A DNA stretch of 64,000 bases, from contig RQSC01000025.1 in assembly GCA_013416795.1 (NCBI GenBank), positions 62,001-126,000 on the forward strand. The letters run 5' to 3'. The notes beneath the pieces are model-generated. The model saw only the letters and a program-made list of their open reading frames with translations. It had not been told where the DNA came from and made no database searches. A program made the translations under genes and the position numbers. Source of the stretch: Prasinococcaceae sp. CCMP 1430 (Eukaryota; Plantae; Prasinodermophyta). Shown here piece by piece: positions 53,014 through 63,964 of the stretch. Within the stretch, counting starts at the first letter, position 1, and every line of letters begins with the position of its first letter.

Positions 53014-54370
53014 CTACGCGCTGTCCATCGCCGAGCCGTCTGGCGGGGTGCTGCTGCCCGCAGTGCTGGCGATGCTGGCATCGGCGGCGCTCTCTCCCGC
53101 GGGGTCGGGCGCGAGGCCTCCGCTCGCGGCCGCCGCCACCTCAGCTGCGCTCTGTGGCAGCCCGGCGTCGTCGCGGGCGGGGTCCAACTCTGTCAACGAC
53201 GCGGCCGAGCCTTCTTCGCCGCCGATCATCTGCCTCCGCACCAGATTGGAGTACGGCCCGCCCTCGTTGGCCAGCAGCTCCGCGTGCGTGCCCTGCTCCA
53301 GCAGACGGCCCTTTGAGAAGACCGATATGGCGTCGCTGTCGATGACCGTGGCCAGTCTGTGCGCCACCACGATGGTCGTGCGCCCCTCTTGCAGCGTGTC
53401 GAGCGCATCCTGCACGAGCGCCTCCGACTCGGCGTCCAGGGCACTCGTCGCCTCGTCCAGGAGCAGCACGCGCGGGGACCGTATGATGGCGCGAGCGATC
53501 GCGATGCGCTGCTTCTGCCCGCCGCTCAGCTGCGTGCCGCGCTCGCCCACGAGGGTCTCGTAGCCGTCCGGGAGGGCAGTCACGAACGAGTGCGCGTTCG
53601 CGGCCCGCGCCGCCTCCTCGATCTCGGCCTCGCTGGCCGTCGGCTTCCCGTACATGATGTTCGCCCGGACGCTCCCCGAAAAGAGCACGGGCTCTTGCGC
53701 CACCAGCCCCAGGTTAGAGCGCAACCAGTCCTGCGAGAGCCCCCTGAGGTCGTTGTCGTCCAGCCGGATCGCGCCGGCGACGGGGTCGTAGAAGCGCAAG
53801 AGCAGGCGGATGATGGTGCTCTTGCCGCTGCCGCTCGCGCCCACCAGGCTCATCTTCTGGCCGGGCGCCACGCGCATGCTCACGCCACGGAGGACCATCT
53901 GCTCCGGCCGAGCCGGGTAGAAGAAGTGCACGTCCTGCAGCTCCACCGCGCCCCTGAAGTCGCCCTTGGGCACCGCTATCCCGCTCCGGCTGTCGCCCAT
54001 GGCCGGTTCTCGCGCCAGGAGCGCGAAGACGCGCTCGCTCGCGCCGAGAGCCTGAGCGAAGGACACGAAGAGGCCCGCGAGGAACCCGAACGAGCTGGCG
54101 ATCTGGATGGCGTACAGCAGGAAGCCGCTCAGCCCGCCGGCGGTGATCTGGTCCGCCAGCACGAGGCGCCCGCCCTGCTCAGGCCAATGAGAGTGACGGC
54201 GGGGGGTGGGCGGATGGGGTGGGCGGGATTTGCGTCAGAGGGAGTGTCAGCGCTCGCGCGTTGCACGGAGGGCCACTCGCTCTCGCTCGCTGCGCAACCC
54301 CGAAGGGGACGCTGCGCGTGCGAGCGACCAAAAGCTCACGACGTGTCAGAGCGCACGCGCGCGCGCGCGA

Positions 54371-54412
<42 letters not shown>

Positions 54413-55975
54413 CGCGCGCGGACGCACGTAGGCCAGCACGAGCACCAGCGTGCCGAACGAAGCCGCATACGTAATGCCCTGGAACCCAGCGCCGGCGATG
54501 GTCATGCTCTTCCCGAGCGTCAGCGTGCTCAGTATGGCGGACGTGTACTCCCGGCAGGCGGTTCTCTCCGCGGCAAAGGCCTTCACCGTCCTCACGTTCG
54601 AGAGGGACTCCTCCGCCCTCGTGGCGGCCTTGGCCAGCTGGTCCTGGAACGCCTTGCGATAGGTGCGTATGTACCTGCCGAAGACGACCATCGAGACGGC
54701 GAGGATGGGCACGGACGTGACGACGAGCAGCGTGAGGCGCCAGGACGAGTAGGCCATGAGCACCATCGAGCCGATGATCTGAATTGCGTACCGGAAGAGC
54801 ATCGACACGTTGGCCGTCGCGGCGTCCTGCAGAGTCTCGGTGTCGGAGCCGAGGCGGGAGATGAGGTCGCCCGTCTTCTCCGTGTCGAAGAAGGCGATGT
54901 CCTGGCGCACGATCGACCTGAAGAGCGAGTTGCGCAGCCTCGCCACGACGCGCTGGCCCGCGTAGTTGAAGCAGAACGCCCGAATGGACGTGGTGACGGC
55001 CGAGCCGACCACCACGAGCGTGAGCACCAGTATGGCGACGTTCAGGCCGTGGATGGCCTCCTCGTGCGTGCGCGTGTCGGCGTTGGTGGCGACCGCGTCG
55101 ATGACCCTCGCGACGCAGAGGGGAAGGGCGAGCGAGCCTCCCTGGCCCAGCAGCAGCATGACGAAGCCGAGCGCCAGGAGCCCCCCCTCGGGCTTGGCGA
55201 GCGCCAGCAGCCGGCGCATCGTGGAGCGAGCGCGCCCGCTGGACTCGCGCGCGCGCTCGATGGCCGCGGCCGCCTCGGCTGCGCCGCCCGCCTCGGCCTC
55301 CCCGAACAGGTCGTCGTCGCTCCTGCCGTCGGAACCGTCCGCGTCGTCGTCGGCCTCGCTCCCCGCGCCGGCCACCGCGAGCGGCATCGCGCAGCAGACG
55401 TGCGCCACGCTGAAGACCAGGGCGAGGATCGCGAGGGCGAGGTCCATGCCGTCGCACTCGGGGCGCGTCGTCGTCGCGTGCTTCTCCACGCGCAGGATGC
55501 ACACGATCGCCGACGCCACGGACGTGCCGAGCGCGCCTGCGAGCAGGACCATCGCGAGGACGAGGCAGACCATGGCGGAGCGCGCGGCCTTCTTCCGGGC
55601 GCTCGGCGTCAGCGCGCTCGCGACGCCGGCGAGCGCGACGCGCGCCAGCCCGAGGACCAGCAGCGCGAAGGCGCCCCCGAAGCGATTGTGGCTGGGCTCG
55701 AGCATCTCCGCGGCGCACGAGCGGCGGACGAGCGCCACCGTGGCCAGGGACAGCCCGTCCGCGGCTGCCACGGACGACGCGATTGTGACCGCCCAGCCGC
55801 CGCGCGCGCGGCGGAGCGGCGCCGCGCCCGCCGCATTATTGTCCGCGGCGGAGGAGGGGGACCTCAGCACGCTTGAGTTGCTGCCGTTGCTGGGGAGGAG
55901 CGCCTCCCGCGCGCCTTCGTCGCCGCCGTCCCGCGCGGCGAAGTCCCAGTCGCGGCGGCGGCTCGAAGGCCCCAT
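53014..55975 (-). CDS. ABCB half-size transporter (TAP/ABCB27-like); 2 exons
   Basis: N-terminal TM extension, ABC membrane domain (RLRNSLF...FFD...TGDLISRL), intron 54427-54175 and NBD with GASGSGKST, LSGGQKQRIAIARA, LLLDEATSALD, AHRL. Confidence 0.92.
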
Positions 55976-56234
55976 CTAGAGTAGCCCCAGCGCCGCGTAT
56001 GAGCAATGTGGTAGCTGGTCTCTGAGCGGTGCCGCGCCGGCGCGGCGCGGCGCCGCGCGAAAGCCTTTCCCTGTCCCGCTCGCCTGCGGGCTGCCACAGC
56101 GTGCGTGGGCGCGTGGGCCCTCCGGCGGCGCGACCCCGCGCCGCGGCGCCGCGCGCGCGCCCTGTGGCGCGCACTTCTCGCGCGATCGGCGGAGCGCGCG
56201 GAAAAAAAAAACATTGTGTATTGGGGTTTGATAG

Positions 56235-56248
56235 TTTAGGGTTTAAGT
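56235..56248 (-). promoter_or_regulatory. Telo-box-like motif (TTTAGGGTTTA) in the divergent ABCB-WD40 spacer
   Basis: tagtttagggtttaag in an AT-rich island. Confidence 0.5.
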
Positions 56249-56480
56249 CAACGCGTTGTGGGCAGGGGCGCGCTCGGCTTGTGTACAGGGTGCCACAGCG
56301 CCCGCCCGCCCGCCCGGGAGGGGGTGTTCCGGATCGCGCACCCGTCTTTCCCGCGCCTGTGCCGTGTGGGCCGGTGAGAAAACAAAGGAAATGTGCGCAA
56401 AAAGCAACACCATCCGACCCTCAAGATAATGGTGTCATTTACCCACGGGCGATCAATTACATGAGGCTTGCCTCGCCACA

Positions 56481-56705
56481 TACAATCTGATGGTACTGTA
56501 CAGCACCAGTTGGAATCATACGATGGCAAGTTTAACGCCCAGCAAATGCTTCGCAAAGTTTTCACCCTGGAGAGAAGCGGGCGCGGGGCGCGAGCGCGAA
56601 GCCCCGCCGCGGACCCAGGAATCGCACGGACGCGGAGCGCTGTGGAGGTGGGCTTCCCGAACGCATCTGCCATCCGATGGTACTGTACTGTGCCATCGAT
56701 GGTAC
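56481..56705. repeat. Cluster B of the TACCATC(W)GATGGTA palindrome family
   Basis: tacaatctgatggtactgtac (56481), tgccatccgatggtactgtac (56668), tgccatcgatggtac (56691). Confidence 0.7.
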
Positions 56706-56879
56706 ACATGGAACTGAACTGGAACTGCTTTCGCGATGCCGATTCCGCACCTCCATCGATCCATGGGAGAGTGGCGAGAGGGCCCTGACGAAACGACCCT
56801 CGAGGGCCGCTGCTGGGTCGCACCACCCTTTGCATTTTGATGTGGGCGCTGTCGTTTCGCGTGCGCGTTCGCGGGCGAT

Positions 56880-58223
56880 GTGACAGCGGGGCTTTTTTGT
56901 GCGCGCGCGGCCGCGCGGCCGCGCGGCGGCGGCGGTGGCGGCGCCAGTGGCGCCACTGCGCGTGCAGCTGGCGGCCAAGGACAGGTGACCACTGCGCGCG
57001 CGCGGGGAGGCCCAGGACAGGCGATGGACTTAGCGCGCATGATGTGCGTGTGGGGTGCGCCGACCGACGAGGCGGTGCACGTGCTCGAGGGGCACGAGGA
57101 TACTGTGTTTTCGGTGTGCTGGAGCCCGGACGGCTCGCGCCTGGCCTCGGCGAGCTTCGACAGGACGGTGCGCGTGTGGGTCGCGGGGGACGCGTCGACC
57201 GGCACGGCGGTGCATGTGCTCGAGGGCACAGTTTTTGTGCGCTCACTGTGCTGGGGCCCGGACGGCTCGCGCCTTGCGGCGAGCGACGACAAGACGGTGC
57301 GCGTGTGGGACGCGTCGACCGGCGAGGCGGTGCACGTGCTCGAGGGACACGAGCATGTCGTGCGCTCGATGTGCTGGAGTCCGGACGGCTCGCGCCTGGC
57401 GTCGGCGAGCGACGATAAGACGGTGCGCATGTGGGACGCGTCGACCGGCGAGGCGGTGCGCGTGCTTGAGGGACACAGCCACTGCATGTACTCACTGTGC
57501 TGGAGTCCGGACGGCTCGCGCCTGGCGTCGGCGAGCGCCAACAAGACTGTGCGCGTGTGGGACGCGTCGACAGGCGAGGCGGTGCGCGTGCTCGAGGGAC
57601 ACGAGGATACTGTGACTTCGGTGTGCTGGAGCCCAGACGGCTCGCGCCTGGCGTCGGCGGGTTGGGACAACACGGTGCGCGTGTGGGACGCGTCGACCGG
57701 CAAGGCGGTGCACGTGCTCGAGGGACACAGACAATGGGTGCACTCGGTGTGCTGGAGCCCGGACGGCTCGCGCCTGGCGTCGGCGAGCGACGACAGGACG
57801 ATGCGCGTGTGGGACGCGTCGACCGGCGAGGCAGTGCACGCGTTCCAGGGATATAGGGATTGTGTGGGTTCACCGTGTTGGAGCCCGGACGGCTCGCGCC
57901 TGGCGTCGGCGAGCGACGACAAGACTGTGCGCGTGTGGGACGCGTCGACAGGCGACGCGTTGCACGTGCTCGTGGGACACGAGGATACTGTGACTTCGGT
58001 GTGCTGGAGCCCCGACGGCTCGCGCCTGGCGTCGGCGAGCAGAGACTACACGGTGCGCGTGTGGAGATTCACTTTAGGACTACCTGACATTTACAAGCGC
58101 TTGCGCTCGCGCGAAGTCCAGCGTCGATCCACTCGAGCGCACTGGAGCACTCAATCGGCGCGCGCACGCGCTTCGAGGCGAGAGCTCGCGCGCGGCAATG
58201 GCAGCAGCTCCGCTCCTCCGTAA
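56880..58223 (+). CDS. WD40 protein made of 8 high-identity tandem repeats (126-bp / 42-aa unit), HET-E-like; no NTPase domain seen
   Basis: Repeats of VWDASTGEAVHVLEGHxxxVxSxCWSPDGSRLASASxDxTVR between about 57047 and 58064. The real start may be the ATG near 57023. Confidence 0.75.
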   Translation: MTAGLFCARAAARPRGGGGGGASGATARAAGGQGQVTTARARGGPGQAMDLARMMCVWGAPTDEAVHVLEGHEDTVFSVCWSPDGSRLASASFDRTVRVWVAGDASTGTAVHVLEGTVFVRSLCWGPDGSRLAASDDKTVRVWDASTGEAVHVLEGHEHVVRSMCWSPDGSRLASASDDKTVRMWDASTGEAVRVLEGHSHCMYSLCWSPDGSRLASASANKTVRVWDASTGEAVRVLEGHEDTVTSVCWSPDGSRLASAGWDNTVRVWDASTGKAVHVLEGHRQWVHSVCWSPDGSRLASASDDRTMRVWDASTGEAVHAFQGYRDCVGSPCWSPDGSRLASASDDKTVRVWDASTGDALHVLVGHEDTVTSVCWSPDGSRLASASRDYTVRVWRFTLGLPDIYKRLRSREVQRRSTRAHWSTQSARARASRRELARGNGSSSAPP

Positions 58224-58301
58224 GAAGCGTGTCTAGTGGCAGTCTTACGCGTCCTCGCCCACCGCGCCGCCCGGCCGCGCGCCGCCACCCGCCGCCGTCG
58301 C

Positions 58302-60458
58302 TCACTCGTCATCGCTGCCCGCCCTGGCTTCCTCGCCGGTCGCCAAGGTGATGCTGTGCACGGCGTCGCCCTCGTTGAGCGTGACGAGCTTGTGCCCCTT
58401 GGCTTGTCGCCCCGAGACGTTTATGCTGCTCAGCGGGATGCAGTTGACGATGCCTTCCTTGGTGGACACGATGATGCACGTGTCCTCCGCGGCGATGGTC
58501 TCCTGGTCGGGCGTGACCTGTATGGCCGCCAGGGTGGTGCCCCCGTCGAGCTTGAGCAGCTTGACGCCGACGCCTCCCCTGCTCTGCTCCCTGAACATGC
58601 TGAGCGGCACGCGCTTGGCCAGCGCGTTGGAGGACACCACCAGCAGCGAGGGCCCCTTGTAGTCGCTGGCGGACTCGCAGGGGTCCTCGATGGCCGCCGC
58701 CGCGTCCGCGGGGATGATGTCGCAGGCGACCACCTCGTCGTCGTCGTCGGTGATGGAGATGCCCTTCACGCCGCTCGACGAGCGGCCCGCCTGCCGGAGG
58801 TCGTCGACGCTGATGAGGATGGCCTTGCCCATCGCGGTCGCGATCGCCACGCGCGAGCCCGGCGGCGCCTCGGAGGAGAAGCACAGCTTGTCGCCGGGCA
58901 GCCGCATCTTCATGGCGATGATGCCCGCCCGGTTGATGTTCTCGAACTGGCCCAGCGCCGTGCGCTGCACCAGGCCCTTCCGCGTGACGTTGACGAGGGA
59001 GGCGTCGCCGCCGAAGTCGTGCACGGTGATGAGCGACTGCACCCGCGCGTCGGTGGGCAGCGACAGCAGCGAGGTCACGCGCTCGCCGCTCGAGGCGCGC
59101 GTGGCCTCCGGTATGGCGTGCGCCTGCAGGCGGTACGCCTTGCCCGTGTCGGCGAAGAGCAGCAGCGTGTTCATGGTGGAGCACTGGGTCATGCAGATCA
59201 GGTTGTCGGTCTTCGCGCGGTTGGACGTGCCCGCCTGGAACTTGTGGCCCTTGGTGCCCTTGCGCTGCTGGCGCGCGATCGCGTTGGCGCTCATGCGCTT
59301 GAGGTAGCCCATCTCGGTGAGCGTCACGATGCACTCCACGTCCTCGATGACCTCCTCCGGGTCGTCCTCCGCCGCCGCCTCGCTGCTGACGATGGCCGTG
59401 CGCCGCTCGGTCCCTATCGCCCCCGCGAGCGACGCCGTCTCCTCCCTGATGATGGCCATCACGCGCGCGTCGTCCGCGAGGATGCCCGAAAGCTCGGCGA
59501 CGGTCGCCTCCAGCTCCGCCGCCTGCTCCCTGAGCTTGGCCAGCTCCAGCCCCGACAGCCTGCGCAGGGGCATCTCGAGCACCATCTCGGCCTGCTTGCG
59601 GCTCATGCCCAGGCGCTCGAGCATGGCGTGCGTTTGCTCCGCGCTGGTGCTCTCCTTTTTTTTTGTTGCGAGTGTTGGTGTTGGTTTCGTTTGTGTTGGT
59701 TTGTTGTTGCGTGTGGACGGGCGGGTGTGTGGGCGGGGTGTGGGTGGAATTGGGGTGGAACGCCGGCGTCAGCGGCGCGAGCCGGGCACGGAGCACGCCG
59801 GCCAGGCAGCGCCGCGCCGCGCTCCCGCGCGCACCTTGAGCTCGCGGATGATCTCCTCGGCGTTGACGCTCGCGAGGACGAAGCCCTGCACGCGGTGCAG
59901 CCTGCGCTCCGCCTCGCCCAGCGCGTGGCGCGTGCGGCGCTGCACGACGTCGAACCTGAAGTCGAGGTACGCGCGCAGCATCTCGCGCATCCCCATGAGC
60001 TTGGGCTCGCCGTCGTGGATGGCGATCATGTTCGCCGCGAAGCGCGTCTCCATGCCCGTCAGCTTGTACAGCTGGTGCAGCACGCGCTGCGGCTCCGCGC
60101 TGCGCTTGACCTCGACCACCAGCCGCATGCCGTCCCTGTCGCTCTCATCGCGGACGCCCGACACGCCCTCCAGTTTCTTGTCGTCGGCGAGCTCGGCGAT
60201 GCGCTCGGCGAGCGACGCCTTGTTGGTGCCGTACGGCAGCTCGGTGATGACGATCGAATGGCGCCCGCGCTCCCCCTTCTCGAAGGCCGCCACGCCGCGC
60301 ACCGTGAAGCGCCCGTTGCCCGTGCGGTACATGGCGCGCAGCCCGCCGTCGTCGACGATCTGGCCGCCGGTCGGGAAGTCCGGCGCGGGGAGGCGCGCCA
60401 TGAGCGCGTCGACGCCGACGTCCGCGTCGTCGATGAGCGCCTCGAGCGCCGCGGCCAC

Positions 60459-60509
<51 letters not shown>

Positions 60510-61091
60510 CTGGCTGCCGTTGATGAGCAGGTTCGGGAGCTTGGCGGGCAGCACGGCGGGCTCGAGCGTCGAGTCGTCGAAGTTGGGCGCGAAGGGCACC
60601 GTGTCGCTCTCGAGGTCCGCCAGGAGCATGTCGGCGGCCGCGGGCTGCAGGCGGCACTCCGTGTAGCGCATCGCCGCGGCGCTGTCGCCGTCCATCGACC
60701 CGAAGTTGCCGTGGCCGTCGACGAGCGGCGTGCGCAGCGAGAAGTCCTGCGCCATGCGCACCAGCGCGTCGTACACGCTCTGGTCGCCGTGCGGGTGGAA
60801 CTTGCCCAGCACCTCGCCCACCACGCGCGCGCTCTTGCGGTGCGGCTTGCGCGGGCTCAGGCCGAGCTCGTGCATGGCGTACAGGATGCGCCGGTGGACG
60901 GGCTTGAGGCCGTCGCGCACGTCGGGCAGCGCGCGCCCGACGATGACGCTCATCGCGTACGAGAGGTAGCTCGAGCGCGTCTCCTCGTGGAGCTCCTCCT
61001 CGATGATGTTCTCGTCGGCGCCGGCGGGCGGGGGTTTGTTCGGCGGCGCGGCGCCGCCCGCCGAGGCGGCGGCGGGGGCGGCGACGGAGCG
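58302..61091 (-). CDS. gyrA: Organellar DNA gyrase subunit A; at least 2 exons, 5' part lost in a gap
   Basis: [50 protein letters not shown] (catalytic Tyr), [21 protein letters not shown]; intron 59834-59655; C-terminal pinwheel repeats ([16 protein letters not shown]). Confidence 0.93.
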
Positions 61092-61200
61092 NNNNNNNNN
61101 NNNNNNNNNNNNNNNNNNNNNNNNNNNNNNNNNNNNNNNNNNNNNNNNNNNNNNNNNNNNNNNNNNNNNNNNNNNNNNNNNNNNNNNNNNNNNNNNNNNN
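61092..61200. other. Assembly gap (N run)
   Basis: Run of n characters. Confidence 0.99.
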
Positions 61201-61342
61201 TGTGCCCGCGCCCGTGCCCGTGCCCGTGCCCGTGCCGGCGGCGGCGGCGGCGGCCTCCTTCGAACGCGCGCGGCTGCGACGGTCGAAGAAACCCCGGTTT
61301 CGAGCGCATGCGTTTTCAACTGCAATTCGATCGGTTGGTGTG

Positions 61343-61375
61343 TACCATCTGATGGTAAAGTACCATCAGATGGTA
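61343..61375. repeat. Cluster C: two tandem 15-bp palindromes, TACCATCTGATGGTA and TACCATCAGATGGTA
   Basis: Read directly at 61343-61357 and 61361-61375 (period 18 bp) in the divergent gyrA-ABCF spacer. Confidence 0.85.
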
Positions 61376-61652
61376 GTTGGTCATGACGTGTGTGTGTGCT
61401 CCATACGCACAAGGTCCCGTCGCGTTCAAATTGACGTACGCAGGACGAACGCGTTCGCCGGTTTCGGTTTCGCGCGAAACGCCCGATCATGCGACGATCC
61501 GGACCGAGGCTGGGTTGCAGAGCTGGCCGGCGGCGGCTGCTGCGATGCAGGTGTGGCGCGGCGGGGCCGGCGCGCCACACGGGGCGGCCTCGGCCCCTCT
61601 CCCCCCCCGTTTCCCCTTCGCGCCCGGCGCCCCCTCGGCGGGGTCGTTGGCC

Positions 61653-63776
61653 ATGGCGGGCGCCGGGGCGGTGGGCGCGCTGCGCGCGGCCGTCGCGGAC
61701 GTGCTGGAGGGCCTGGACGAGACGCTGCTCGAGTACGTGCAGGACGCGGTGATCGACGAGGAGAGCGGCGAGGTGCTGCCGCGCGACGAGCTGGTCGAGC
61801 TGGTCGCGCCCATGCTCGACGAGCTGTGCGGCGGCGACGGGGCGGCCGCCGAGGCGCGCGCCGACGACGTGTGGCGGCGGCTCACCGAGGGCGAGGGCGC
61901 GGCGACGGCCGCCGACGAGGAGCTCACGCACCGCCTGGAGAGCGCCGTGCGAATCGGCGAGGGCGGCGGCGAGGCGGCGGCCTCCGACGTGGGCGCAACC
62001 TCCGCCGCCGCGCTCGCCTCCGAGATGGAGGCCGCCCGCGAGCGCGCGGCGCGCCACCAGCTGCGCAACGGCCGCGGGGCGCTCGGCGCGCAGCAGATCG
62101 GGCCGTTCCAGGTGCCCAACCCGGGCGGCGGCGCCGACCTCATCCAGGACGCCAACCTGACGCTGGTGCCCGGCCACCGGTACGGGCTCATCGGGCGCAA
62201 CGGCAAGGGGAAGTCCACGCTGCTGCGCGCGCTCGCCTCGCGCCGCGTGCCGGGCCTGGGGGAGGGCCTGTCGGTGTACTACGTCACCCAGGACGTCGCC
62301 CTGACGGCCGAGCAGGAGGGGTGGGACGCCGTCGCGCTGGCGGTGCACGCCGACGTCGCGCGCCGGCTGCTGCTCGCCGAGGAGGCCGAGCTCGGCGCGC
62401 GCGCCGCCGCGGGCTCCGCGAGCGCCGAGGACGCCCAGCGCCTCGCCGAGGTGGAGTCCGCGCTCGAGGAGATGGGCGCGCGCGCGGCGCCCCAGCGCGC
62501 GCGCGACATGCTCTCCGGCCTCGGCTTCTCGGCGGAGATGCTCGCGCGGCCGCTGCGCGCGCTGAGCGGCGGCTGGCGCGTGCGCGCGGCGCTGGGCGCC
62601 GCGCTCTTCGCGCGGCCGGACGTGCTGCTGCTGGACGAGCCCACCAACCACCTGAGCATCGCCGCCGTCCTGTGGCTCGCGCGCGAGCTGAGCGACCGCT
62701 CGCGCTGGGCGGGCCGCGTGATCGTCTGCGTCTCGCACGACCGGGCCTTCATCGACGAGGTGTGCACGGACACGCTGCACATCAGCGGCGCGGCGCGGCG
62801 CCTCACGTCGCACCGCGGCAACTATACGGCGTGGGCCGCGCGCCGCGCCGAGCAGCAGAAGGCGTGGCACCGCCGCGCGGAGCTCCGCCGCGAGCGCCAG
62901 GAGCGCCTGGAGGAGTTCGCCGGCCACGGCTTCCGCTATGGCGGCTCGAGCAGCCAGATCAACATGATGCAGAAGAAGGCGCGCGAGGCCGAGAAGCTCG
63001 AGGAGGAGGCGCGCCAGGAGGCGCGCGAGCTCGCCGCCCTCAACGAGGACAGGGACCTGCCGCTCGCGCTGCGCGCCGGCGGCAAGGTGGCCAACTACAT
63101 CGTGCGGCTGGAGGGCGCGGGCTTCCGCTACCCGGCCGAGGGCGCCGGCCTGCTCTTCTCGGGCGTGGACCTCTCGGTGGACTCGGCCACGCGGCTGTGC
63201 CTGCTGGGCGAGAACGGCGCCGGGAAGTCCACGCTGGTGAAGGTGCTCATGGGCGCGCTCGAGCCCACCGAGGGGCGCGTGTCGCGCGCGCCCGGCGCGC
63301 GCGTGGCGCTCGTCAACCAGCACCACGCCGACCAGCTGGACCTCGACGCCACGCCGCTCGACTTCATGCTGGGGCGCTTCCCCGGCGACGGCTCGGACGC
63401 CCACGAGCGCGAGCTGCGCGCGTGCATGGCCAGCGCGGGCGTGCTCGCGGAGCAGCAGGGCGCGGTGGTGCGCTCGCTGAGCGGCGGCCAGCGCTCCCGC
63501 GTGGCGATGGCCGCCGTGAGCTACGAGCGGCCGCACTGCCTGGTGCTCGACGAGCCCACCAACAACCTGGACCTCGAGGCGATCGAGGCGCTGGCGGACT
63601 GCATCGAGCGCTTCGAGGGCGCCGTGCTGCTCGTGTCGCACGACCAGTACTTCGTCGAGCGCGTGGCCGAGGCGGTGGTGGTCGTCGGCGGGGGGGCCGT
63701 CAGGAGGGAGGAGAGCTTCGCCGCCTACAAGAAGCGCGTGGTCAGGGGGCTGACGGGCGCCGCCGGGAGGGCGTGA
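61653..63776 (+). CDS. ABCF-family soluble ABC ATPase (GCN20/ABCF3-like)
   Basis: Two NBDs (GRNGKGKST/LSGGWRVR/LLDEPTNHL and GENGAGKST/LSGGQRSR/LDEPTNNLD), no TM segments, N-terminal PWI-like helix LDETLLEYV. Confidence 0.9.
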   Translation: MAGAGAVGALRAAVADVLEGLDETLLEYVQDAVIDEESGEVLPRDELVELVAPMLDELCGGDGAAAEARADDVWRRLTEGEGAATAADEELTHRLESAVRIGEGGGEAAASDVGATSAAALASEMEAARERAARHQLRNGRGALGAQQIGPFQVPNPGGGADLIQDANLTLVPGHRYGLIGRNGKGKSTLLRALASRRVPGLGEGLSVYYVTQDVALTAEQEGWDAVALAVHADVARRLLLAEEAELGARAAAGSASAEDAQRLAEVESALEEMGARAAPQRARDMLSGLGFSAEMLARPLRALSGGWRVRAALGAALFARPDVLLLDEPTNHLSIAAVLWLARELSDRSRWAGRVIVCVSHDRAFIDEVCTDTLHISGAARRLTSHRGNYTAWAARRAEQQKAWHRRAELRRERQERLEEFAGHGFRYGGSSSQINMMQKKAREAEKLEEEARQEARELAALNEDRDLPLALRAGGKVANYIVRLEGAGFRYPAEGAGLLFSGVDLSVDSATRLCLLGENGAGKSTLVKVLMGALEPTEGRVSRAPGARVALVNQHHADQLDLDATPLDFMLGRFPGDGSDAHERELRACMASAGVLAEQQGAVVRSLSGGQRSRVAMAAVSYERPHCLVLDEPTNNLDLEAIEALADCIERFEGAVLLVSHDQYFVERVAEAVVVVGGGAVRREESFAAYKKRVVRGLTGAAGRA

Positions 63777-63931
63777 CGCCCGCGCGACGTCCGCGCGTCG
63801 TCGGCGTTGGGGTTGGGGGCGGGTTGTGTGTGGTGTGTGTGTGTGTGTGTGTGGCGAATGCGTGCGGCGGGGGTGCGGGCCGCCACGGTGCCTGCTCACT
63901 CGTCGGGGCGTTTCGGCGTGTCGTGCACACA

Positions 63932-63964
63932 CCGATGGTACGTACTGTGTATCATCTGATGTTA
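63932..63964. repeat. Degenerate cluster D of the GATGGTA palindrome family
   Basis: ccgatggtacgtactgtgtatcatctgatgtta, similar to cluster B (gatggtactgtactgtgccatcgatggta). Confidence 0.55.

Noticed and set aside
57047-58064. 126-bp tandem repeat as a non-coding satellite or CRISPR
   Set aside because: It is in frame and encodes canonical WD40 repeats.
59769-63932. 1387-aa minus-strand ORF as a single protein
   Set aside because: It is chimeric: antisense of ABCF, read through the spacer and an N gap into the true GyrA exon. Only the part below about 61090 is real.
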